Below are positions 1 through 9,180 of a DNA stretch of 64,000 bases, piece by piece. The DNA comes from Candidatus Bathyarchaeota archaeon (GTDB lineage Archaea > Thermoproteota > Bathyarchaeia > Bathyarchaeales > Bathycorpusculaceae): the NCBI GenBank assembly GCA_963827165.1, contig CAWGZR010000010.1:71394-135393 (forward strand). The letters are read 5' to 3'. The translations under genes were made by a program, and so were the position numbers. Below the pieces are notes generated by a model. The model had not been told where the DNA came from. It saw only the letters and a program-made list of their open reading frames with translations, and made no database searches. Numbering within the stretch: position 1 is the stretch's first letter; the number at the start of each line of letters is the position of its first letter.

Positions 1-8
1 TGTACACG

Positions 9-461
9 GTGCTACTCACCCCCGGGGCAAGCCTAAAAATCTACGGTTCATTTGAAAACGTTTTAGATGCAACCTTACTTAAACCCCTGCTGAACTTCGA
101 TTTGTCAACCGTTTCATTGCTCTACGCTCTTGTCCGCATGCCTTCAAGCATGAAAGAAAAGCTGCCTAGAGCGAAAATTGAGTTGGCAGTGGCAACTTGG
201 TTTAAGGAAAAAGCTGACCTGAAATCGATCTACATAGCGGAACCTGTCTATGTTGACGATGCAAGCGACCGTATTGACCTGGTCTTGTTTGTGGGTGGCT
301 TTGAGACTGCGGAGATGTTTTTAGATTATGAAAAAAGAGCAAAAAGCCTGAAAAGCCGTGCACTGCAAAAAGGTTTAGTGGACAAAAAAGAGTGGTTGAG
401 TATGATGAAAAATTTGGGTATAAAGAAGGATGAGGAAACTTCTCCTGAAGTTCCCGCTTAA
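9..461 (+). CDS. Hypothetical protein, probably the C-terminal part of a gene truncated by the window edge
   Basis: 150-aa ORF; the frame stays open to the window start (TAC ACG GTG...). No recognisable motif. Confidence 0.6.
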   Translation: MLLTPGASLKIYGSFENVLDATLLKPLLNFDLSTVSLLYALVRMPSSMKEKLPRAKIELAVATWFKEKADLKSIYIAEPVYVDDASDRIDLVLFVGGFETAEMFLDYEKRAKSLKSRALQKGLVDKKEWLSMMKNLGIKKDEETSPEVPA

Positions 462-464
462 TTT

Positions 465-3159
465 TTACTTTTTATTGCCGTTATTGGCTGCTACTGCGAC
501 GCCGTTTTGTTGGTTTACTATTTTGATTATGTTTCCGGCTGAGACTCCGTGTTCAAGCAGGTAGCTTCTGGATAGGTGTCTTTCGAAGTCGTTTGATTTG
601 TTGTATAGTAGCTGCATTTCATCGTATGCTTCCATGTCTTCGGGTCTTCCTCTTCCGCCGATGACTAGCACTCTTGTGGTCCATGCGTCTCGGGATTCGA
701 TGACTCGTACCGTGATGGTTCTTGAAACTTCGCTGGTGACGTAGCCTGCCAGTGCTGTGTAGACTTCTTGGGATAGGTCTTCAGTCCACATGTTGGGCGG
801 CGAAACTATGGTGACCCAGATGTAGTCGGTTTTGTAGGTTGGTTTGTATCCCATGATTGTTGGTGTCTTGAAGGCTCTGATTATGCTTCTGATGTAGTCT
901 TTGAAGTGTTCTAAGTCAAGGATATCCTTGTTGATCACTTCTCTTGTGAGGTTTTCTTCTTGCTCTGTTAGTATCTTGAAGATTATTCTAAGCTGCTCAG
1001 TTTCTGTCAAATCCGCGGATTTTTCGAAGTATTTCTTTGGCGCAGTGATTTCGTTCATAAGTTGTTCATATTCGCTGTTTATGTCAACGATTTTGCCGAG
1101 TCGCTTGCGGTACTCAGAAGTTAATTCAAAACGTTTACCCAATGTCTCGTATAGGTTGATTATGCTGTCAACTTTGTTGAGGTTGTCTAGGGCAAAGCCT
1201 TCTTCGGATTCTATGCGTTTTAGATCTCGATCAAGCTCCATGAGCTGCTCTCTTGCGTAACGTTTTCCCCCGAAGAGCTTTCTGTTTTGCCGCTCAAGCT
1301 TTTCCTTGTCGAATTCTTTGCGTTTCTTTGTCTCTTGTACTCTCATGACTTCATTTTCGAAGTTGCCTCGGTTCTGCATGCGTCTTGACAATATTTCGTT
1401 TATGTAGGTTACGTGTTCATCGATCATTTTTGCCTCGTCAGCCGGGGTTCTGAGCATGAGCTGGATTATCAGGTAAATGGTTGATAGTTCGGCTTGGATG
1501 TCTTTTAGGTCGTTGAGTTCGTTTTGGCTTTCAGGAAGCACTTGGTAGTATCTTATTAGAGCGTCAGTTAAGTATCGGGTTTCATCGTAGAACTGCTGTA
1601 AATCAAGTGCTCTCTCGGCGATCTCTGCTAAGTTCACTAAATCTTCGAGAATCTTCTTTTGCCTAACAGTGAACACTTGTGAGCTGGGAATCAGTTGGTT
1701 GAGCCGTTCGACGATTATTGCTTTCTTTTCGCGGAATTCCAAGTGGCTCTTCGTTAGGGTGGTGAGTAAAACTTCAAGGTTGTCGAGTTTTCTTGAGCCT
1801 TCCTTTTTCAACGTCAAATTGATAATTGAATCTTCGATGGGACCTGTCTTTCCCATAAGTTTTATGGTTGACAGGAGCTTCATGATTTCATCTAGCCAGT
1901 TTTTAACCTGTATCTCAACGCCTTTGACGTGTAGTGCCATGTCGTCTTCTAGACGTGGGTTGCTGGTGATTTCGGTTTTCAGTTTGTCTTCGAATTGTTC
2001 TTCGTTGAATGTGCCTGCTTTTATCAGGTAGTTCCTGAAGAGTTCCCGAGTTACGTCGTGGTCGACAGCGATGATGTTGCCGATTTCGTCGAGGATATCC
2101 AGTTTTTCCCTTCGCAGGTCTTGCAGTAGCTGGATGCCTTCGAAGTTGAGTTTGTAGGCTGAAATGTAATCTTCAACTGGGTAAACGACTTTTACCATGC
2201 CTAAGGTATGTGCTGAATTGTAGGTTAATCCGACTTCTGTGCCGATTCCACCCATTAAGTCTGCTAAGTCAAAGTCCATCAAAACATAAAGCATGTCTAC
2301 GACCATGTCGTCCATTTCTCTTCGGGCGCTGACGATGTTTCCTACCTTTGAGTAGGCTGGTAGCAGTGGCAGGTAGATGAGGGCGTTTAATGGGTTTCGG
2401 TAGCATTCGCCGTATTCTTTGACTACGTATTCGTTGTAGTCTTTGTTGAGGAACAGTGATAGCTCATTCATTGATGTGAAGGCTGAGCATCCTTTGGCTG
2501 GGGGGTCGTCTCCGCCGCATGGGGTGACAACGAAGGCTATGATGGCGACGCCTGAACCCAAAACTTTTCGCAGGTGCCTCGCGAAATCAAAGAATACTCC
2601 GCTTCCTGTGCCTCCGCCTAGTCCGTAGCATAAAACTACAGTGGGTGTAATAATCGATGACAATGCTTGTTCTTTGAAGGAGTTTATGCAGTTTTTAATT
2701 ATTCCGAGTTGATAGTAGTTCAATGCGTAGATTGCTTTTGCGAGGGCTCGCCGTCTGCCTGCTCCTCCAGCCATCGGTGGAATAGCCATGGTGGTTTCCA
2801 GCCACGGGTGGAAGTCAAGTTTGGCTCCCTCGGCTATGAGATATTCGCCGTATTTTTGGTTGATGAAGTCAAACATTGCCTCGGCGGTTGGGAACTTGAC
2901 TGACTGGGCAATCAAGCGCATTCTTTCTGCAGGGATACCGGCTTTAACCATTGATTTTTCGATTCCCTCGTAGGTTTCCTGGAGACTTCTGATTTCTGGG
3001 TCAGCGATGTCGATGGCTAAAAGAGAGAGTCTTGTGAGGTCACTCTGCAATAGCTCTTTGGTTTTCTTGTGGTTTAGGAAGGTTTCTACAATGTTGGTTC
3101 CCGCTGAACCGAGTCCGATTACCTGTACGCTATTTTGGTAAATTCTCGTAGCTTATCAC
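465..3159 (-). CDS. Tubulin/FtsZ-superfamily GTPase with a very long coiled-coil insert; 5' end interrupted by an apparent +1 frameshift
   Basis: ORF 465..3050 has the tubulin signature GLGGGTGSG and a T7-like DFDLAD. Reading upstream in frame gives VQVIGLGSAGTNIVE, but there is no start codon in that frame after TGA TAA at 3158-3153. A GTG at 3159 overlapping the upstream stop joins this frame if one A of CCAAAAT (TTTT at 3133-3136 on +) is removed. Confidence 0.85.
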
Positions 3160-4145
3160 ATCCCGACTAATCTTTTAAGCCGCTCTTTCACTGACTCCAA
3201 ATTGGAGGATGCCATTCTGTCGATCCTTGAAATTCTCATGGTTAAGCCTTCTAAGTCTTTGATTTGGTCTTCGACGACAAGTTGGAAGTAGCTAACTTTG
3301 CCTCTAACCCGCATAAACATAAATGCGAATACAGCGGCTAAAGCTGCCATAACGACTGCAATCGGGATAAGCAAGTCTGCACTGCTTGCTGACGGTGGGG
3401 AAGCAACGCTCAAGCCGTTTAGCATTTGGGTTGCTGCAGTTGCGAATCCTTGGCCTTCCATAACTTTGGATGCATCGATTACGTTTTGGTAGATCTGAGT
3501 GAATCCTGCGTCAACACCTGAACTCTTGTAGCCTTTGAGTGTGTTTTCCTTCTGATTGAGGACATTTAGGTAATTGTCTATGTTAGCGTCTGTGATGTTG
3601 ACGCTGACTTGGTCAAGGGCTGCCCCGCTCGGGTCTTGTAGAACAATTAAGTTAAGTGGGGTTGGAATGTCCAATGTTACACCGTTTGGACCAGTTTGTG
3701 ACACTGACCCTGACGGAACAAGTCCATAACAGGTGATTTGGAGGGTACCTTGGTTCTCTGGGAACGATATGGTTTTTGAGTTGGGGTCAAAGTTGCCTAA
3801 ATTGTAGTTTGTTGAGTCAAGCTCCCAATACATGTTGCCTTGCAACGCTGAGTGGTCAAGACTAGTTGTTAATGACAGGCTCGTAGATGGGTTACTTTGG
3901 CTGATGTCAATGGTTGCAGTGACAGATAACTCGTCGCCTTCAAGTACGTATCCGTTTTGGTTTGAAGCTGTGTCTATGATTGTTGCTCCATTGTTAGCAT
4001 TTTTCACATTGTACGATGTGATCCATTGCCCAGATGTTTGTTGGGTGCTCGTTTGAGCGTTAACATTCATAACTGAAACTGAAGTAAGATAGACTGCTGT
4101 TAATACTAAAATGAGACTTAAGGCTAGAATTTTCTTATTCAACAT
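3156..4145 (-). CDS. Secreted/membrane-anchored protein: signal peptide, extracellular domain, one TM helix, cytoplasmic helical tail
   Basis: N-terminal hydrophobic signal; TM segment LLIPIAVVMAALAAVFAFMF; charged helical C-tail; stop overlaps the inferred start of the tubulin-like gene. Confidence 0.8.
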   Translation of the reverse strand: MLNKKILALSLILVLTAVYLTSVSVMNVNAQTSTQQTSGQWITSYNVKNANNGATIIDTASNQNGYVLEGDELSVTATIDISQSNPSTSLSLTTSLDHSALQGNMYWELDSTNYNLGNFDPNSKTISFPENQGTLQITCYGLVPSGSVSQTGPNGVTLDIPTPLNLIVLQDPSGAALDQVSVNITDANIDNYLNVLNQKENTLKGYKSSGVDAGFTQIYQNVIDASKVMEGQGFATAATQMLNGLSVASPPSASSADLLIPIAVVMAALAAVFAFMFMRVRGKVSYFQLVVEDQIKDLEGLTMRISRIDRMASSNLESVKERLKRLVGM

Positions 4146-4361
4146 TATCCCCCATATTTTTACTCCATGTTTTCTATTGGTTGCCGCATATAACTCTTGT
4201 GCTAGTCACTCGTTTGCTATGCTTTCAAGCTCTAAACCTACCTGAAAGCCTTTTTCCAATGAAAATTGATCTTCTCTAAATTAAAAAGACCATTCGACCC
4301 CAAAATTTTACAAAGAATTAAGTGGACATGACAAAAGATAAGAGGTTACACAACTAAGCAG

Positions 4362-5313
4362 TTGATTGAGAGCGTGTCGAAGATGGAAATTGTAAATGTT
4401 CGTTTGCCTGAGAAGCTCGCTTCTGACATTGATAAACTAGCCAGCAAGCATGGTCTTAGCCGTTCAGAAGTTATGCGTCAAGCGTTAACACTGTATTTGC
4501 ATCTTGTGGATAACGTTGGAACTATGCTTCGCCCAATGGTTTTTCAAGTGAAGCCTGGCCAGTTAACTTACACTCGGAGAGGAGACGTTTCAATCGTTAA
4601 GGTCCCCACGGGGCACGCGATTGTGGCTGGTTCAACCTCGTCTGGAGCAGTGGGTCCTAAAGCAGAAGATAAAGTCAAAGTCGATGGCCGCGTGCTAGGC
4701 AAGTTTCTTGCAAGAGTCGGCTTGATGGATGTGATTGCGACGGGTGCATTCCCGATTCTTCTATCCGTTACAGCTAGGTGTCGAGAAGGAGCCGACTGGC
4801 GACGACATTTTGGAAGGGATTAGTCGAGAAGCAAGAACCCTTGGCCTCGACCCAGATCAGGTGCTTATGGAGAACACGGAGGACAACTTTGAAACCGTGC
4901 AAACCGGTGCAGGCTTAACCGTCATCGGCTTCGCAAACGAAGATCAACTGCGGCTTGGAAAAACCTGTCCCGGAGACTTGATTGTTGCCGTTGGAAAACC
5001 CAAAGTCGGCAACGAAGTCATTTTAGCCGAAGGCAAAGGCGAAATTGCAGACCTCAAAAACATATTGCAGCTTTCACAGAAAAAATATGTCCACGACATC
5101 GCGGCAGTCGGCACGTTTGGCATCGCTGACGAAGCCAGAATGATAGCTTATGCAGTTGGCAGGCAACTCAAACTTGTGGAAGCGAAAGGCTTAGACCTCA
5201 ACAAATCAGCCGGCCCAGCCACCGTAATTTTGGCTTCGATCGATAAAGAAAAACTTGAGGATTTGGTTGAGCTTATACGCAAGCCCGTCAGCGTCGTAGG
5301 CGAAATCCTGTAG
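4362..5313 (+). CDS. Ribbon-helix-helix domain fused to an AIR-synthase/alpha-ribazole kinase (CblS)-like domain; split by one frameshift near 4771-4777
   Basis: N-terminus VNVRLPEKLASDIDKLASKHGLSRSEVMRQAL is a CopG/NikR-type RHH. GAVGPK..D.VKVD..V.G.F.ARV..M.V.ATGA.P and LGVEKEPTG...TEDNFETVQTG.G.TVIG resemble CblS-family motifs. ORFs 4362..4823 and 4735..5313 join as LSVT-LGVEKEPTG if one base is removed. Confidence 0.7.
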
Positions 5314-5339
5314 AAACCCTTGTGTTCAGCAAAAACCGC

Positions 5340-5834
5340 CTATTTGGCACTCGGCTTTTGGGTTTTCTTAAGCAAGCGTCCGTTTCGATCTATTTCGCCG
5401 CGTCTGATTCGCGTGGTGGATATGGGGCCGCAGTTTTCCGCCGGGACCATGGTTACCGCGACAATCTCCAGCGGTGCAAGCTGTGCTTTGGCGCGTATTT
5501 CATTTATTTTGCTGGCTGCAGGTTCCGTTTCTTTACTTACAACTAAGGCTTGCAAGCCATCGCCGGAAACGGTTAAGCCGTATGGATCACTTAGAGGGAC
5601 AATTTCCGCCCTATTAGCCAAACCTGATGTCTTTAAAAAATCCTGCAGTTCGCTGAATCGTTCAGCATATGAGGCGGTTACGTGAGGTTTACCCATTTTT
5701 GAAACGAACTCGTCTGATGACAAGCCGATCACAACCCTTTCCCCAATTTCGAAAGCTTTGCTCAGCAACGATATGTGACCAATGTGCAGTTCGTCAAATG
5801 TCCCGCCCACCGCAACTTTTCTGAATCTTTTCAT
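5340..5834 (-). CDS. coaD: Archaeal-type phosphopantetheine adenylyltransferase
   Basis: VAVGGTFDELHIGH (HxGH), LVVSKET, ISTTRIRRGEID; coupled to pantoate kinase. Confidence 0.92.
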   Translation of the reverse strand: MKRFRKVAVGGTFDELHIGHISLLSKAFEIGERVVIGLSSDEFVSKMGKPHVTASYAERFSELQDFLKTSGLANRAEIVPLSDPYGLTVSGDGLQALVVSKETEPAASKINEIRAKAQLAPLEIVAVTMVPAENCGPISTTRIRRGEIDRNGRLLKKTQKPSAK

Positions 5835-6763
5835 TTTATCAGCCTAGCGCCTTGGAAATCGATTTTGCTCGTAAACACCTGTTCAGAGGGCAAAACCAGC
5901 TTAAAAGCTTCTGCCACGTCACCCGCATTTTCCTCAAGCACCAACGCATGAACCGCCTCACCCAACATATTTTGTGATGCACCAACTGCACCTGCATCTT
6001 TAGCCAGCTTGACAAGTTGCCGAACATTTTGGGTTGCAAACCCCGCGTTTTGAGAAAACTCCCAGCACCTATCAAGAAAATTACTTAAAGTAGGTTTGGC
6101 AAGAATTGCCTCCAAAGTTTTTCTGCCAAAACGGTTGATGACTTGCTTTCTTTTGGCGTCCCCTAGCACGGTTTTGGGGATGTTTGATTTTAAAAAGCCG
6201 GCTACCGCCATGTAGTCGGGCGTAATAGGGATGCGGTCAAGTTGGCAAATGCCCGGTGCACCCGGCTCCACCACCAACACGCATCCTCCTGTAAAAGTTA
6301 ATGAACTCACCGTGCCCAAACCCGTTCCGCATTCGATCTCAGCAACATGAGCCGTCCTACCGATTTGATTGTATGTCAACGGCAAATCCAGCGCTTCCTT
6401 AAGTGCTAAGCCAGCTGTTAATGCTCCGCCGGCGCTGGTTCCAAAACCCGTGCCTATGGGAACCTCAATTTTATGTTCAACAGAAACGTCGTATTTCTCG
6501 GCAACGCCGCATAAAATTTTCTCAACTGTCTTTCTCGTTGTTTTTGCCTCTTCAGCAAGCTGTGAGTTGATGAAAACTTTGATATTTGGATTCTCCGCCT
6601 CTTCAACCGTAACTTTAGTTAAGACCCCTTTTTGGAGCCCAAATCCCCCGCCCCTCGCACCAACCCTCTCCAAGTCAAGAATTGGCTTGCCGAGGTCGGT
6701 ATTGTGGACTTCAAAGAAGCTAGAAATTGCCGCTGGCGCAAATGCTTCGGCGGTTTTTTTCAC
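5831..6763 (-). CDS. pok: Pantoate kinase (GHMP family)
   Basis: AFAPAAISSFF, GARGGGF, PIGTGFGTSAGG (GHMP motif), AHVAEIECGTGLGTV, SQNMLGEAVHAL. Confidence 0.88.
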   Translation of the reverse strand: MKKTAEAFAPAAISSFFEVHNTDLGKPILDLERVGARGGGFGLQKGVLTKVTVEEAENPNIKVFINSQLAEEAKTTRKTVEKILCGVAEKYDVSVEHKIEVPIGTGFGTSAGGALTAGLALKEALDLPLTYNQIGRTAHVAEIECGTGLGTVSSLTFTGGCVLVVEPGAPGICQLDRIPITPDYMAVAGFLKSNIPKTVLGDAKRKQVINRFGRKTLEAILAKPTLSNFLDRCWEFSQNAGFATQNVRQLVKLAKDAGAVGASQNMLGEAVHALVLEENAGDVAEAFKLVLPSEQVFTSKIDFQGARLIK

Positions 6764-7593
6764 TAAACTTCACTTTCTTTTTCGAGTTCCCTTCTCTTTG
6801 AGAGTGTTGGAAAGGCTCTATTGATTGCGGTGATGATGGGGGGTCCAAGGATCAGTATGAAGGGGATTTCGGTGAAGAAAGTAAAGAAGAACGTCGCCAA
6901 CGCAACTGGTGTCGTGAATGGCGTAGCGGCTGGCGTGAAGAATTGACTGAAAACTGGCACAGTTACACCGATGATGCCAGCGCCAAGTAACATGCCGACG
7001 ATTGAGCCTACTTCGAAGCTTCGCCATTTCGAGTTTCTTAAAAACACCACTGGAACCAGAAATATGATGTAACTTGCAACTGCAACGCTTATGAAGGCTG
7101 TTTTAGCCCAGAAAGCAAGTCCAGTGTATTCGTAACCAATCCAGATGAATACGGCGGTAGCCACCCCGTATGCTGCCACGGGGGTTGCCCAACGAATTTT
7201 CTTTTTTGCGATATACCCGATTAAGAAGAAAGCCACAAAGTTGCTTGTTACTCCCGCCATGAGACTAAGCAGCAGGTTGCCTCCGAAGATAGCATCGCTT
7301 ATGAAGATGCCGACTGCCGCGCCGATTCCTCCAACGAGCGGACCGAAAACGACTGCGAAGACCGCTGGAACAATAACTGGCGGCCAGAATCTAACTCCAC
7401 CATAAGAAATTGGGATTAAACTGAAGAAAATATAGCCGACCGCAACATACAATGCTATGTTTAAAGCTAACCCTGCAACATCAATCGCTTTAAGTTTTAA
7501 CATCTTAACTTTTGCCTTTCCATTGAGATGGTTGTTGAACCTGTTGAGAGTTTCTTTTTGCAGATAAAACTTTCCTATGAATTGTTTAAACAA
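6763..7593 (-). CDS. ECF transporter S-component-like membrane protein; true start probably MLKLK near 7503
   Basis: Multiple TM helices; VRFWPPVIVPAVFAVVFGPLVGGIGAAVGIFISD is typical of S components; stop overlaps the pok GTG by 1 nt. Confidence 0.75.
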   Translation of the reverse strand: MFKQFIGKFYLQKETLNRFNNHLNGKAKVKMLKLKAIDVAGLALNIALYVAVGYIFFSLIPISYGGVRFWPPVIVPAVFAVVFGPLVGGIGAAVGIFISDAIFGGNLLLSLMAGVTSNFVAFFLIGYIAKKKIRWATPVAAYGVATAVFIWIGYEYTGLAFWAKTAFISVAVASYIIFLVPVVFLRNSKWRSFEVGSIVGMLLGAGIIGVTVPVFSQFFTPAATPFTTPVALATFFFTFFTEIPFILILGPPIITAINRAFPTLSKRRELEKESEV

Positions 7594-7687
7594 GTTTAAA
7601 CTTTTTCGGGGCTGTTACTTGGTTGTTTCTTTTTGAGGCAAAATGCTGTCGCCAAGAGAATTGACGTCAAAACAAACCTATTAAGTA

Positions 7688-8257
7688 TTATTGGTGATTT
7701 GTTAACCAAATAGGTTTTTGGTCAACCATTTCTCTCATTGATGGCAAGGGACAGGGCAGATCTAAAGCTGAAAAAACGCTCTCCTCAGTTTCTCCAGCCA
7801 CTGCCACGTCATCTTTTATCAGTCCTACGCTGTACTTTAGTCTGTACCCTTTTGTTATGGCGTAGCCTGCAAGCCACATGTTGTGGTCTGCTGATCCCGT
7901 CCGAATGAGCTCTTGTATGCCGAAAGTTTTCGGTATTGCTCGGTAAAAATCAACTTGAAAAAGGCTATCCTCAAATGGATAGTTAATTTTCGTCAAACTT
8001 GGACCAGAGCAAATGACTTTGGATTTTCTTAGCGTCGGAACAATTTTTGCCCAGTTACTATCCGTTGCTAACACGACAAAGTCGCAGTCGCCAATCAGTG
8101 GCTTTTTTCGTCTAATGCTTCCCACAATTTTCAGTTTAATGCATAAAGGCTTGATTGCTTCTTCAACTTGAAGGGCAACTCTCTCTGCCTTTGTGTATTC
8201 GAGCGAAGTCAAAATCGCTTGATCATCATCTGAACCAAACAATTTAGCTTGCTTCAT
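7688..8257 (-). CDS. polX: Minimal family X DNA polymerase (palm and thumb only)
   Basis: GSIRRKK...GD57CD59, QVD103F, RTGS, TEESVFSALDLP.P.P..RE. No 8-kDa, fingers or PHP domain; 189 aa. Confidence 0.85.
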   Translation of the reverse strand: MKQAKLFGSDDDQAILTSLEYTKAERVALQVEEAIKPLCIKLKIVGSIRRKKPLIGDCDFVVLATDSNWAKIVPTLRKSKVICSGPSLTKINYPFEDSLFQVDFYRAIPKTFGIQELIRTGSADHNMWLAGYAITKGYRLKYSVGLIKDDVAVAGETEESVFSALDLPCPLPSMREMVDQKPIWLTNHQ

Positions 8258-8388
8258 GCTTTGCCCTTACCTTATTGTAAACGGCTGGGTTTTAAAGCAT
8301 ATCTAAGCCGTTTAAAAAGCAAACTGAGAAACAACAATAAGCAATAGTAGTGAGAGGGGGTGAAAGTGAAGCTCGGTTACGTCGAGGG

Positions 8389-8667
8389 TTATACGGGTTC
8401 AAGCGTTACTTCAACGATGCAACCCGGTAGATTTGCTCTTTCATCTTGCCAGACTGATAAGATTTCTTTTGGGATTGATATGCGTCCGGCTTTTTCCATT
8501 TTTGCGTAGTAGAATTGCCAGCCTTTGAATTTGTCTGGGATGCTGAAGCCGACTTTTATGGTTTGGTGTGATTCTAGTTTGAATTCGACAATGATTAGTT
8601 TTGGAATTTGTATTCGCTCATGTTTCTGGAGTGATGCTTTGAAGGCTACTTTTCGTGTTAGCGGCAT
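8389..8667 (-). CDS. 92-aa tandem AbrB/MazE-like swapped-hairpin DNA-binding protein (copy A)
   Basis: Two K..RI.IPK motifs. The ATG at 8667 (MPLTRK) gives an ungapped alignment with 18332..18610 (36/92 identical by manual count). The longer ORF-track start runs through a non-coding repeat array. Confidence 0.75.
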   Translation of the reverse strand: MPLTRKVAFKASLQKHERIQIPKLIIVEFKLESHQTIKVGFSIPDKFKGWQFYYAKMEKAGRISIPKEILSVWQDERANLPGCIVEVTLEPV

Positions 8668-8700
8668 GTTTTTTCGCCCGCTTTTATCTTGGGCGTGTCC

Positions 8701-8860
8701 AATATATAAAGTGTATAATATTGTATTAATGTGTACAGACGCGTATGGACGTGTCTGAAAGTGTATGAAAGTGTATAATATTGTCTTTTTTAGACTCAAC
8801 CTGCAAACAATTCAAGCCCTATACCAAAAAACCATTCTAAAACACAATGGAAAAAAATCT
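8701..8860 (+). repeat. Module copy 1: 10-bp-period array (GTGTATNAAA-like, about 8-9 units) plus conserved A/C-rich motif
   Basis: gtgtataata/ttgtattaat/gtgtacagac/gcgtatggac/gtgtctgaaa/gtgtatgaaa/gtgtataata followed by gactcaacctgcaaacaattcaagccctataccaaaaaaccattctaaaacacaa. Confidence 0.85.
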
Positions 8861-8920
8861 TGTCCAGAAACCATCGGCTTGCCCTTCTGTAGGCTTCTGT
8901 CTTGAAATTTTCAAGCGATT

Positions 8921-9052
8921 ATTCTAGCTATTATAGCTTAATCTAGCGCATTTTAGCTTTTTTTAGCTTAAAATAGCTTATTTTAGCGCACAGTTGCAAT
9001 CTATCCAAGCCCCATTTCAAAAAAGCAGCCCAAAACACAAACAAAAAATTTC
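8921..9052 (+). repeat. Module copy 2: 10-bp-period array (NNNTAGCTTA, about 7 units) plus conserved motif
   Basis: ttatagctta/atctagcgca/ttttagcttt/ttttagctta/aaatagctta/ttttagcgca followed by cagttgcaatctatccaagccccatttcaaaaaagcagcccaaaacacaaacaaaaaatt. Confidence 0.85.
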
Positions 9053-9180
9053 TGAACCAAAAAATCGTGAAGACGCCGCCAAATAGAACTTTGCTCGCTT
9101 TCTTTGATTTCTATGAGCAATTGACGGGTTTTGACTTTTAGGTTATTTTAGATTTTTAGGTTCCTTTCAGGTTTTGCTAA

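Noticed and set aside
3153-3158. Stop-codon readthrough fusing the membrane protein to the tubulin-like protein
   Set aside because: The frames match, but two consecutive stops (TGA TAA) make readthrough unlikely; a one-base slip explains it more simply.
7560-7690. att duplication of tRNA-Gln bounding a polX-AbrB island
   Set aside because: No copy of the tRNA-Gln 3' end was found there, so island boundaries cannot be claimed.
8668-8799. 44-aa N-terminal extension of the AbrB ORF in the ORF track
   Set aside because: It is a translation of the 10-bp array; the paralog aligns from MPL at 8667.
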